A stretch of 28,613 nucleotides of DNA from an uncultured archaeon (GTDB taxonomy: Archaea > Asgardarchaeota > Jordiarchaeia > Jordiarchaeales > Jordiarchaeaceae). The stretch covers positions 1-28,613 of the forward strand of contig CAZECW010000079.1 of the NCBI GenBank assembly GCA_964510585.1. Reading direction: 5' to 3'. A program made the position numbers and the translations under genes. Of this stretch, positions 9,349-18,930 are shown in pieces; positions within the stretch are counted from its first letter, which is position 1; each line of letters opens with the position of its first letter. Below the pieces are notes generated by a model. It was not told where the DNA came from. It worked only from the letters and a program-made list of their open reading frames with translations, and searched no databases.

Positions 9349-10881
9349 TTATTCTATTTTGATTTGTGTGTTGTTTTCTATGTGTATTTCGTTTTCGCCT
9401 TTGGCACTTATTTTGACGTAGGCTCCCTTTATACTTATTTTTTGGCCGCTCCTGGCTTTGCTTATTTTTTCTGCGTTTTCTCCCCAGGCCACCGCAGGTA
9501 TGCTTCCGGTTTCATCGGCGAGTTGGAAGCGTATTACAGAGGAGGTTGAGCCGTTCTGCCTCTGAAACTCCTTTAGCTCCCCCAAATCTTGGATTGTGGC
9601 TTCTAAGGCTATTCCAGTCATATGAGGCTTTATTTCTTTGATGGCTATGGGCTCTGTGCTGAGTGGTGGGAAAAGGCTTTTTGGAATGTCTGGAGGATTC
9701 ACTTCGATTACTGCTCTGCGCCCAGCGTTTATGGTGAGTCCATACTGATCCTCGCGGGTATAAGCGTTGCGGATGCGGATTAGGTCTCCCGGCTTCACTT
9801 TGCCTATGGTTTCAGCGTGCTTGTCCCAGAGTGACACCCTAGCCCAGTTCTCTCCGTCTGTTAAATAAATGTCCGCCACAACTCCAGTTTCTCCAGAGGG
9901 ACGAGTAAACAGTCTGAGAGGGGTAACCTCAGCTACGCGGCCTTGGACATCAAATGAATCCATTCTGTGTCGAATTTCAGACAGAGGCACTGGGCGAGTT
10001 GTGGGCTTTGCATATGCCTTTTCCAAGGTTTTTATCTGGGTGGCCTTTCCCACATGTACCTCCACCTCACCTGCGGTGCCTTCACGTGTGTATCCGCTAA
10101 TTATTTGGATGCGATCCCCAATTGTGTATCGGGAGGCTTTGGGTGCCTGCTCGTCCCAGAAAACTACCCTCACTGTCGCCTCTTCATCATCAGTTAGTCT
10201 AAGGGTGGCTATGCGTCCTTGTGAACCGTTAGGCCTAGCGAATGCTCGGGCTGGCGAAGTTTCAATCACTACGCCTTCTATAGTGACGTCAGGCATACCT
10301 ACCTCAAGCTCTGTAAATGGTGTCGGCTCCATGGGTGGTTTGGGAAAGTTTTCGGGCTTAAGGTCTGGGGGATTTACTATGATTTTACCTAATCGTCCCA
10401 CATGGAGTTCCAGGTCTCCGTAAAGTCCTTTACGGGTGAAGCCCCGAATAATGCGTAGAAGATCCCCCTTATGGATTTTCCCCTTCTCAACCGCTTCGCT
10501 CTGTTCTTCCCAGAGGACTAGCCTTATTTCCCCTGTATTGTCCGCAATTCTCATGCTTGCCATTTGGCCCGCGGAGCCGTCTCTCCTTCCAAAGCGTTTT
10601 ACTCTGAGGATTTCCATTACCACCGCATCTAAAACCGAGACGCTGGTCATTCCTTCCTTAAGGTCCCTTATCAAAACCTTCTTTTCCGGCTTTTCTTCCT
10701 CTACTTCTCTTACTTCCACCCCCAAATCCACGGCCACAAGAACTAAGGCTCCTTCCTCTGTTGCTAGGCTGCCCAGCAACTCTTTCTTTTCAAGTATCCT
10801 TTTCTCCAGATCCTCTCGGGAAATACCAGTTTGCTCCATAATAATATTTTTGATCCGCTCGGGCTCCAAAGTTTTCAACAT
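9349..10881 (-). CDS. rpa: Replication protein A / ssDNA-binding protein with four OB folds
   Basis: N-terminal helical domain (TGISREDLEKRI...TEEGALVLVAVDLGV) and four repeats of the RPA OB motif (I.DL...V...G.V....F.R..G..G.......D.TG.I.V.LW...A). Confidence 0.9.
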   Translation of the reverse strand: MLKTLEPERIKNIIMEQTGISREDLEKRILEKKELLGSLATEEGALVLVAVDLGVEVREVEEEKPEKKVLIRDLKEGMTSVSVLDAVVMEILRVKRFGRRDGSAGQMASMRIADNTGEIRLVLWEEQSEAVEKGKIHKGDLLRIIRGFTRKGLYGDLELHVGRLGKIIVNPPDLKPENFPKPPMEPTPFTELEVGMPDVTIEGVVIETSPARAFARPNGSQGRIATLRLTDDEEATVRVVFWDEQAPKASRYTIGDRIQIISGYTREGTAGEVEVHVGKATQIKTLEKAYAKPTTRPVPLSEIRHRMDSFDVQGRVAEVTPLRLFTRPSGETGVVADIYLTDGENWARVSLWDKHAETIGKVKPGDLIRIRNAYTREDQYGLTINAGRRAVIEVNPPDIPKSLFPPLSTEPIAIKEIKPHMTGIALEATIQDLGELKEFQRQNGSTSSVIRFQLADETGSIPAVAWGENAEKISKARSGQKISIKGAYVKISAKGENEIHIENNTQIKIE

Positions 10882-11109
10882 CCCAACAATGTATAAATAG
10901 TTAAGTAAAGTATGACTAATGATTTATATAAAACTATGTATCGCTAATCATTGTTCGAGGCCGCAGCGATTAACGATGTTGTCCATTATCAGTTTTTATG
11001 GTTCCTGTGAAAGCCTTTTTGTGAGGTTTATATTTCACTTTTGCATTGATTAGCAAGTTTGCCTTATTCTGGTTGTATTTGGTTTTTTGGAGGCCTGAAG
11101 AGTTTTGTT

Positions 11110-11934
11110 TTAACTTGTTTGTGTTTGGGGTATGGTCGGGGTGTTGTTTGCCTTTTTTCGGTGTTCTATTTTTCGGGTGGCTCCCATGCCGCTTGTTCTT
11201 TTGGCTCCTGTATTGGCTGTTGTTGCATACCTTGTTAGCACGTTTATCCAGGATGCGTAGCCTTCAGTGCTTTTTAGGAGGTATTCTAGTGTTCCCGTGA
11301 ATCCGGCTATTTTGCGGGTTTTTCCAATGTCTATTTCCCGGGTTTGTAGGCGGTATATTTTGCGTACGTATACATTTTCTTCCACCCATTCGTGTAGTTC
11401 GTCAGTGTCAACCTGCAATTGGGCCGGAGCATACCTGTTCCAGAGCTGGGCTAGGCTTCCATACATGTATCTCGGATCTGGTAGGAGTAGGGGGAATTCT
11501 CTGGCTTTAATTGCAAATTGGGTGGGTGAGGTGAACTTAACGGTTATTATTTCTTCGGGTTGGGCTGTTTTCACCAATTCCTCATAAGTTGTTCTTTTAA
11601 GCTCTATTCTAACTGGAATGAAAGGGGTTTCTCCAAGTTTGATTTCCTGTCTGCCTTCCAAGATTTTTTGGAATGCCTTCTCTCCAATGCGGTCTTGCAG
11701 GAAGCCAGCGTGGAATCTTATGTGGTCTCCGGGTTTTATCCACCACAAGTTTTCACGTATGCTCATTGGCTGCCCTACAGGTGTGGCTGGAGTTACACTG
11801 TAGGGCCTGGGCTGGTGGGGTTCATGCAGGCTCTCCGCCAGTTCGGGATCAACATTCCTAATCAGGGTTAGCAGGGCCCCCCTTACCAAGTGTCCAGTGA
11901 AGGTTTTCAATCTGCCAGAATCATTGGCCACCAT
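11110..11934 (-). CDS. cas6: CRISPR-associated endoribonuclease Cas6 (RAMP), stand-alone
   Basis: ELAESLHE...PRPYSVTP, VKFTSPTQF, LLPDPRYMYGSLAQLWN, GFTGTLEY and the C-terminal Gly-rich loop NTGAKRTSGMG match the Cas6 motif series. Confidence 0.87.
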   Translation of the reverse strand: MVANDSGRLKTFTGHLVRGALLTLIRNVDPELAESLHEPHQPRPYSVTPATPVGQPMSIRENLWWIKPGDHIRFHAGFLQDRIGEKAFQKILEGRQEIKLGETPFIPVRIELKRTTYEELVKTAQPEEIITVKFTSPTQFAIKAREFPLLLPDPRYMYGSLAQLWNRYAPAQLQVDTDELHEWVEENVYVRKIYRLQTREIDIGKTRKIAGFTGTLEYLLKSTEGYASWINVLTRYATTANTGAKRTSGMGATRKIEHRKKANNTPTIPQTQTS

Positions 11935-12527
11935 TTCAATCCAGAGGTCGATTACTTCCTTTTCCCTCCATGGTTTCTATATAAAAAATTATTAACAAAC
12001 TTCCCTCTTTTATTTTCTTTGTTTCAGTCCTCTTCTCTAAACTCTCTAATTATGCTCATTCTACCTCCCCAGATGATTCTTCTGGAGAATTTATTTTAAA
12101 TTATAACCTTCGTACTCCCTACGGTGGGCCTCGTTTAGTTAAGTTTTGTTTTTTGGATTTGGATAATGTTAATTTTGATGGGTTGAAGAAATTTTATGAA
12201 GAATGGCGGGATTTCCAAGTTCGCTTTACCGAAGAAGATTAAGCCTCAAAAAGAGAGTTTTGTTGGGCTTCGGAAGAGTGGAAATAATATCTCCTGTAAA
12301 ATTCACCATTCACATATTATTAAAATTGAAAGAAAAGAGGCGATACATGGTTGGAAGAGGGAATAAAAGCCTCATTAAATCTCTTCGTCAGTGTCTTCTA
12401 GGTTGGACAGTTGTGTGCCCCAAAACTAGGCAATTAGAAGGGGGGATAGCAGTTCCCTCCCTTCTTTGCCAATAGTCACATTCGGTTTCGCATGAATAGA
12501 ATAGTAATCCTCTGGGCATTGCCCTTT

Positions 12528-13100
12528 TTAGGTTCTGATGATACCTTGCTCGGTAACCGTCTTCATGAGATTCTCAACAGCGATTCGAATGTACTCCTCC
12601 TTCTTGGCACCGGTGATAACCAGTTTACCCGTGGTAAAGAGCAGAATTACAACCTTAGGCTCCCGCATCCTGTAAATCAAACCCGGAAACTGTTCTGGCT
12701 CATAAATTACATCTGGGAGAGTATAAGCAGCCAACTCTAAGTTAAGCTCCGCACCCAAACTGGCTGAAGCCACAATATTCTGAATCTCAATCTCTGGCTC
12801 AATATTATCACCCAATACCCCCTCTTTCTGAAGCTCATCAACAATTTTACGTACTGCCTCATGAACTTCCTTTACAGACTTGGCTCCAGTGCAAACCATC
12901 CTGCCGCTACTGAAGATGAGCGTGGCGGTTTTGGGTTTATCTAATCTATAAACGAGGCCCGGAAACTGTTCAGGATCATATTCTGACCTAAGATTACTCT
13001 GAGCAATTTTTGTGAGGTCAATCCTTTGGTTAATCCTAACTGATGCCACAACATTTTCAATATTTATGAACTGAATTTTTGGCAAACTTCTTACCCCCAT
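12528..13100 (-). CDS. tbp: TATA-box binding protein
   Basis: Two direct repeats: IENVVAS...EYDPEQFPGLVYRL...LIFSSGRMVCTGAKS and IQNIVAS...YEPEQFPGLIYRM...LLFTTGKLVITGAKK. Confidence 0.98.
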   Translation of the reverse strand: MGVRSLPKIQFINIENVVASVRINQRIDLTKIAQSNLRSEYDPEQFPGLVYRLDKPKTATLIFSSGRMVCTGAKSVKEVHEAVRKIVDELQKEGVLGDNIEPEIEIQNIVASASLGAELNLELAAYTLPDVIYEPEQFPGLIYRMREPKVVILLFTTGKLVITGAKKEEYIRIAVENLMKTVTEQGIIRT

Positions 13101-13123
13101 TATGATTTTTACGCCCTTTTACC

Positions 13124-13146
13124 TATTTAAAGGTGAACCTTATAAA
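13124..13146 (-). promoter_or_regulatory. Candidate TATA box(es) of tbp
   Basis: Minus-strand TTTAAATA (13124-13131) lies 24-31 nt upstream of the ATG. A second TTTATAA is at 13140-13146. Confidence 0.4.
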
Positions 13147-13487
13147 TGCTATCCCTTTTCACATAGAAGGAAATTTTTAAACATTTATAAATAAATATTA
13201 CCCTCCCCAAATATATATGTAATTGTCAACCGATGTAAACTTCCTATGGTTAATGTAAAAAATTTGATTCAATCTTTATTTTTAAGCTTAAAATCGGAAA
13301 GGCCCTAAAATCACTCCTTTAACAGGGAAGATCAAAGAAACTTACCGATCTCATTATGGATGGTGAGACGCAAAAACACTCCACAAAAAGTGAAGAAAAC
13401 CTCCTTTTTCAGAAATTGAATTTTTGGCAATCTAAATTCTTCATTGTCCAATAAAACACTTTTTGGGGAAATCTTGTAAAATCCCTG

Positions 13488-14000
13488 CTATTCCAGATTT
13501 TGTTGCTTGTATTTTTGGGCCAGATCAGAATAAATTTTTGAGCCAACTGTTAGTGCTTGTATCTCGTTTTCATTTAGCTGCCTCATCTTTTTTGCAGGTA
13601 TGCCTGCAACCAAGGTTTTAGGTTCCACCTTCATATTCTCAAGTACAACTGCTCCCATAGCAACCACCGCGTACTCACCTATTTCAGCACCTGTGAATAC
13701 CGTGGCTCCAGACCCAATTATGGCACCGTTACCTATTCTGCAGCCGTGAACCACCGCGGCGTGACCTATTAGGACTTCGTCACCGATAGTTGTTTCGCGT
13801 CCTCCATGTATCACACAGTTGTCTTCCACAGCTGTGCATCGACCAATCCTTACAGGGGCAAAATCCGCCCTAATGACTGCCCCATACCAAACACTGCTTT
13901 TCTCTCCTATTTCTACATCTCCAATTATTGTCGCTGTAGGTGCAACAAAAGTTGTTAGGTGAACTTTTGGTCGTTTACCATTAAACTCCACTAAAGGCAT
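13488..14000 (-). CDS. Gamma carbonic anhydrase family / hexapeptide-repeat protein (YrdA/CaiE-like)
   Basis: FVAPTATIIGDVEIGEKSSVWYGAVIRAD, with three His in the expected metal-ligand positions (CVIH, IGH, VVHG). Confidence 0.9.
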   Translation of the reverse strand: MPLVEFNGKRPKVHLTTFVAPTATIIGDVEIGEKSSVWYGAVIRADFAPVRIGRCTAVEDNCVIHGGRETTIGDEVLIGHAAVVHGCRIGNGAIIGSGATVFTGAEIGEYAVVAMGAVVLENMKVEPKTLVAGIPAKKMRQLNENEIQALTVGSKIYSDLAQKYKQQNLE

Positions 14001-14404
14001 AGGTCTTCCTCCTAGAATGCATCAAAATAGCCATTTAAAAAATTAGTGGGATTTAGGCGCAATGTGACAAGTTTTTGATTGTTTTCTTTAGCATAAAAAG
14101 TTTTAGTTGTATTTTTTGGTTGGAGCCGGGATTTTCCCAAAAAAGGTGGCTTGGTCTTCAGCTGTGAAAGGAGCCATATGAAGGCTTATTTTGGCGAAAG
14201 GGGAAATAAAACGCAGGATCAAAATTACATACAAGGACGGTATTTTTAAGGAAACTGGAGACGTTCCCAACCAGTTTGAACCATAAACTTTTACGCCCTA
14301 TAAAGCCACGGGTTTATCTCTAATATGTTGCAGAATATTTGTTTAAAAACTTCAGGGAAGTCATAAGATAAGGATGTATGCGTGAAGCCCCCATCTTTTA
14401 TAGT

Positions 14405-14956
14405 CTATCTTCTTCTCGAGAAGCGCGGGTTGTACTCTAGTATTTTTTCTACTGCCCATCTTGCAAGGTCTCCGGTTACTTCTCGGCATTCGAATTTCTC
14501 TTTGTTGTCCTGCCACATTTTCATAAATTCCATTCCAGCTTTCATGTTGGTGAATCTGTAGGCTTTTCCCCAGTGGTGAAACTGAACCTCCTGACAAACT
14601 ATGTGTCCATATTTTTCCTGCATTTTCTTCCCAACTTCAGCTACGGCTCCACACAATTTTAACATTTTTGTGAGGTCCTTCTGAATTTCCTCCTTTGTGT
14701 AGCCGAAGCTGTAGCTTATTGCCGCGGTGGCTCCAGCCATAGCTCCACAGGTTCCAATAGCCATGTTTCCAGTGCCACCAGCCAAGCCCACGGTAGCCTT
14801 CCAAATCTCCTCAGCCACCGAATCATTCTGGTATCCTAGGGTGTCCATAACAGCTGCAAAAACGCTTGGTGCGCAGGCGCCCCATCTGGGCAAATAGTCA
14901 TATCCTCGACGGTACGCCTCGTCAAGAAGCTCTTTGTTCTTTGCAGTTTCGGTCAT
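14405..14956 (-). CDS. C_GCAxxG_C_C family putative redox-active protein
   Basis: GACAPSV, GLAGG, TCGAMAG, IVCQEV and ECREV motifs. The start is moved from 15109 to ATG 14956 because GGAGG sits just upstream and the extension looks non-coding. Confidence 0.85.
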   Translation of the reverse strand: MTETAKNKELLDEAYRRGYDYLPRWGACAPSVFAAVMDTLGYQNDSVAEEIWKATVGLAGGTGNMAIGTCGAMAGATAAISYSFGYTKEEIQKDLTKMLKLCGAVAEVGKKMQEKYGHIVCQEVQFHHWGKAYRFTNMKAGMEFMKMWQDNKEKFECREVTGDLARWAVEKILEYNPRFSRRR

Positions 14957-15473
14957 AACATATCCTCCTGATAATTTAACCCTCTCACATATGTTGCTAT
15001 GGGATAATAAAATTTCCGTTTGCTCTGAGAATTCAAAAATTTTCGATCCGACTAACAGTATTTTTGGAGAAAAATTCAGAAATGAATTTGGATTACGTCT
15101 TAAGAGCACACTTATGGTTGGAATTTTTCTCCCCTCTATCCAAAAAACTCCTAAATTGTGAAAGCTATAAACTTTTTACCAGAAGCATAGAAAAAGTAAG
15201 TTTTACCAATCAAATATGCTTTTCAGTCACACTCCTATGAAGATGGTGCCTTCCAAGTTTTAGCTAGGGTTTGCGAAACTGTGGAAATTTTGGGAATAAT
15301 CATAAATTTTAAGTGGTTATAATACGATTGGAATTAGTCAAAACCCTGTTAGTTTAGAGGCGTATAGACTCAGGCCACCTAAATTCTTATGGCTGTTTGG
15401 TTCCATGAATTGGGTTCCCATAAACTCGAATGTAGAAGTATGACCTAAGTGTGTTAGTAAATAGTAGGAGGAA

Positions 15474-16760
15474 TTGGAAATTAAGCTTATTTATGTTGTG
15501 ATAGATGGTATGGGTGACCTTCCCCACGAAGAATTTGGAAACAAAACCCCACTGGAATTTGCAGAAACGCCTAAAATGGACTTTCTTGCAAAAATTGGGA
15601 AAACCGGTTTGATGTACACCGTCGGAAAAGGAATCGCTCCCGAAAGTGATGTGGCTGTCATCTCCATTCTAGGATACGATCCCTTCAAGTACAGTACGGG
15701 AAGGGGAATTATTGAAGCAGTTGGAGTGGATATGAAAGTTAAAGACGGAGACCTTGCCCTAAGATGCAACTTTGCCACACTGGGACCGGGAAGACAACTA
15801 ATTGACCGAAGAGCGGGAAGAAACCTAACCACTGAGGAAGCCAGCGAACTGAGTAAGAGCATAAACCGGCTGGTAAAACTAGAATCCTACCCCGTGGAGT
15901 TCGAGTTTAAGAGCACCATAGGGCACCGGGGGGTTCTTGTCATAAGGAGCAAGAGAGAACCATTATCGAGTAACATAACAAATACTGATCCCGCCTACTC
16001 CAAGGTGGAAGGCTTGGGCGTGGCTAAGGAAAAAGTGGAAATGGTTCTTGAAAAGTGCCAGCCCTTAGACGAAACCCTCGAAGCCAAAATATCGGCGAAA
16101 CTTGTAAACGAGTTTACCGAAAAAAGCCACCAAGTTCTGGAAGCTGACATTGTGAACAGGAGGCGCGCTGCAGAGGGAAAACTGAAGGCAAACATCATAC
16201 TCTCCAGAGATGCTGGCCACCTCTTACCAAAATTCTTCAACATTAGTGAAAAATATAATGTTCGATTCGTCTCACTTACAGATATGCCCGTAGAGAGAGG
16301 AATATCAAAACTTGCAGGCATGGAAGCCGCCCTCCTACCCCCACCCTCAGCAGACCTCAAAAACGACTGCACCATTAGAGTTAACAAACTCCTTGAACTA
16401 TTACCCAACTATGACTGCTTCTACATACACATAAAGGGCCCAGATGAGCCGGGCCACGATGGGGAATTTGAAAGAAAAGCGGAACTCCTAAGCATAATTG
16501 ACAAGTACTTCTTTGAAAAACTATTGGACGAAATAAACCTGGAAAACTACATCATCTGCACCACCGCAGATCATTCCACTCCCTGCAAACTCAAAGCACA
16601 CAGCGACGACCCCGTACCACTACTCATATCAGGAAACAAAATCAAAGGCGACAAAGTCTCTAAATTCTCCGAGAAAGAATGCCGCAGGGGCAGTTTGGGC
16701 ATCATAGAGCACGGATACGAACTTATGCCTAAACTTATGAGTCTAACGAAAAACAATTAA
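15474..16760 (+). CDS. apgM: 2,3-bisphosphoglycerate-independent phosphoglycerate mutase, archaeal type
   Basis: VVIDGMGD, KTPLEFAETP, ESDVA, GRGIIEAVG, ALRCNF, IKGPDEPGHDG and TADHSTP motifs. Confidence 0.95.
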   Translation: MEIKLIYVVIDGMGDLPHEEFGNKTPLEFAETPKMDFLAKIGKTGLMYTVGKGIAPESDVAVISILGYDPFKYSTGRGIIEAVGVDMKVKDGDLALRCNFATLGPGRQLIDRRAGRNLTTEEASELSKSINRLVKLESYPVEFEFKSTIGHRGVLVIRSKREPLSSNITNTDPAYSKVEGLGVAKEKVEMVLEKCQPLDETLEAKISAKLVNEFTEKSHQVLEADIVNRRRAAEGKLKANIILSRDAGHLLPKFFNISEKYNVRFVSLTDMPVERGISKLAGMEAALLPPPSADLKNDCTIRVNKLLELLPNYDCFYIHIKGPDEPGHDGEFERKAELLSIIDKYFFEKLLDEINLENYIICTTADHSTPCKLKAHSDDPVPLLISGNKIKGDKVSKFSEKECRRGSLGIIEHGYELMPKLMSLTKNN

Positions 16761-16940
16761 ACACCCACCAAGAGCAATAAATAAAAGGAACCCATGGAGT
16801 AGCCACACAAGACAAAGGTCACTCAGTTACAGATTTTCCCAAAAACGGGTGGGAAAATATCTCTCATCCTAGGGGGCGATTAGCATCACCTTTTTTGATT
16901 GTTTCCTTATAGTGATGTTGAGCTTAAATCGTGAGGTGGA

Positions 16941-17096
16941 TTTACATAACTAATATAAATTTTCATTTATTTTTTTAGTTGTTTTTTTTGTTTTTTTGGT
17001 TTTGTGGTTTTTGCTGAATTGTTTTCTATTTTTCGTAAATATTTTCGATTTTTGGTAAAATGTTTGGAGGCAGTTTGGAGGCAACAAAGTAATACC
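16941..17096 (-). repeat. Left copy of a ~155-bp imperfect inverted repeat
   Basis: The reverse complement GGTATTACTTTGTTGCCTCCAAACTGCCTCCAAACATTTTACCAAAAATCGAAAATATTTACGAAAAATAGAAAACAATTCA aligns with 20884 onward. By hand there are about 10 mismatches and 2 gaps over the first ~86 nt; the A-rich outer half aligns more loosely. Confidence 0.9.
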
Positions 17097-17347
17097 TAGT
17101 TAAAAGTATCTACAAAACTAATTGTGTCGCCATCAATGATCCGCATCCCATCCCAGTTAAGCAGAGCAAGAAAAGTATAAAATAGAAGAACGGAACCTAT
17201 TGAACAATTCTGATTTTCAAACATGTTTAATCAAAGCAGAAAATTTTTCGTAAGAATAAAAAATAAAGATGGGCATTACCCTTTTTTCCTATTTTTGAAG
17301 TTGCCACCCACTAGCCCCTTCCCCCTTATTTTGGAAGGGAAATCTCC

Positions 17348-18160
17348 TTATCCTTTGGTAAGCACTTTTGTGTACATGGCGTAAACGAAGACAACCAATG
17401 CAATTATACCTATAATAATTTCAGTCGCTAGAATACTCATAAGGCCCACTACATATAGTACTGCGAATGCGTCAAGTATTATGTGAAGGAACACTGCTAT
17501 AAGGAAATATTTTAGTGTCTTGCCCCTAACAAGACCGTAACCAATTATTGCAGCTGTTGAAGCATGGAAAAGCACTGCCATCATCCTTTCATAGACTGTA
17601 ATTAAGGGAAGCCCAAATAGACTAGGTCCGAAAACAACAGATACCAATATGCTAATCTCTGAAATTAACTGTGGAAGAATGAAAAGGCCCATAAGCAAAC
17701 CTTCCATGCCCATCATAGTCATGGTTAAAAATATATCAAGAAGGATTAAGTCAATTGCCAAGGACAGTTGGTTAAGGAAGAAGTACGCTGCAGCTGAACC
17801 TAGCACCAGTATGGCTTCACCGCCTCCAAAACCTAAGCCGACCACTAAACCATAGAAGGCACCGTTCCCCTCACCAATTTTGGTTCTTATGAAGGGAATA
17901 ATTAGCACCAGTAGTTTAACTGCCTCCTCGATGAATCCCGTAGCTATGAGGTCAACACCGTAAAGAGCAATTCCGCCAAGAAACAGAATATAGATTTTCC
18001 TGAGATAGGCAAGGTAAAAAACCACAGCACCAAGCAGGAAAGCCGCAAAAAGAATACGATAGGGTTCCTCCGCAAATCTAAACTTCTTCACCAAAAACCA
18101 GATGACAAGAGGATAAAGCACAGAAAAAGCAATAGCAAACACTACTCCAATTCCATCCAC
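17348..18160 (-). CDS. PrsW family intramembrane metalloprotease
   Basis: Polytopic protein with GFIEEAVKL, GLGFGGGEAIL, LFHASTAAIIG and FLHIILD, matching the EE.K / GF...E / H / H motif order of the PrsW family. GTG start. Confidence 0.8.
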   Translation of the reverse strand: MDGIGVVFAIAFSVLYPLVIWFLVKKFRFAEEPYRILFAAFLLGAVVFYLAYLRKIYILFLGGIALYGVDLIATGFIEEAVKLLVLIIPFIRTKIGEGNGAFYGLVVGLGFGGGEAILVLGSAAAYFFLNQLSLAIDLILLDIFLTMTMMGMEGLLMGLFILPQLISEISILVSVVFGPSLFGLPLITVYERMMAVLFHASTAAIIGYGLVRGKTLKYFLIAVFLHIILDAFAVLYVVGLMSILATEIIIGIIALVVFVYAMYTKVLTKG

Positions 18161-18930
18161 TCAAAACCACCATTCAAAAATTTTATTTCAAACATGGGAT
18201 AACCTATGATATAAACCTTTTTAAACCATCAAAAATCCAAACAAACCCTACCACCACCCCTTGAGGCCCTCGAAGTCTAACCAGATAAAAAAGAAGCCTA
18301 AAAGACTGGGAATCAGACGTGTACCAAATTAAATAGGAAGTAACACCCAGAGACTTCCTATTTTCAGGAAGAACCAAAAACAGTTGCAAAATAAAAACAA
18401 ATTGAATTCATCACACACAGAGAGAAGCTCACACTAGAAGCACCAACATTTTTTCGGGCAGTATAGAAAAAATGTTAATTCCTGACTCGCAGTCTAGGCT
18501 ACGCTGGAGAAACTTTCCTACCACGCTAAAACAGCTAAAAATTCTCCCTCCCCCAACCTGCACTGAGCCACTAAAAACAGAAAGCGTCTACACCTTCTAT
18601 CACTAGTAACTTAAACTAGGAGAGTTAGGCTTCCTAAAAATTTGAACAGCATACAAATTATTATAAAAATCACGAAATCAAGTTTGAGGATCTACATCTC
18701 TAGTCTTAGAAAGGCATTTTAAGTCGCGTGTCACCAGCTTAGATGATTGTAAACAATGCCTGCGGTTATAAGTGGAAGGAACCTTGGGGGCGGGGTGAAT
18801 GAAGATTATACTAAGGGAACCACACTCTTCAGGGACACTTTAGTATAGGGGTTTTTGGGACTTCTTGTTTTGTTGGTGAAGTTAATAGTTAGTTTGAGCT
18901 TTGGAGGTGGGTGTGGGAGGAAAAATATTG

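Noticed and set aside
9869-10900. Long plus-strand ORFs (184 and 154 aa) opposite rpa, and similar ORFs opposite apgM, cas6, the 673-aa gene and the acidic tail at 23388..23822
   Set aside because: Antisense shadows of real genes; Ser-rich or low-complexity, with no motifs or RBS.
11081-11180. Third copy of the inverted repeat at the cas6 3' end (TTTGGAGGC and TTCTATTTTTCG)
   Set aside because: The two short matches occur in the opposite order and without the tandem 11-mer; consistent with shared T-rich composition.
11935-11972. Programmed frameshift extending Cas6 from the upstream ATG via G-GGA-AAA
   Set aside because: A -1 shift at this heptamer hits TAA after two codons; joining Cas6 would need +1. 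A TATA box at about 11978-11986 is compatible with the annotated start.
11985-12242. Open plus-strand frame ending ...LRTPYGGPRLVKFCFLDLDNVNFDGLKKFYEEWRDFQVRFTEED*
   Set aside because: The latter half looks protein-like, but there is no start codon or RBS in a plausible position and no recognisable family. It may be a gene remnant but cannot be supported.
10882-12527. CRISPR array or single repeat near cas6 (ATTGAAAG at about 12325-12332)
   Set aside because: Only one repeat-like 3' octamer, with no second copy, no palindromic repeat body and no regular spacing.
14191-14286. 31-aa ORF (MAKGEIKRRIKITYKDGIFKETGDVP...) resembling the start of AF2212-like antitoxins
   Set aside because: Too short, similarity limited to a few residues, and no adjacent toxin gene.
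14957-15109. 51-aa N-terminal extension of the C_GCAxxG_C_C protein in the ORF track
   Set aside because: A strong GGAGG precedes ATG 14956 and the family domain starts there; the extension is AT-rich upstream DNA.
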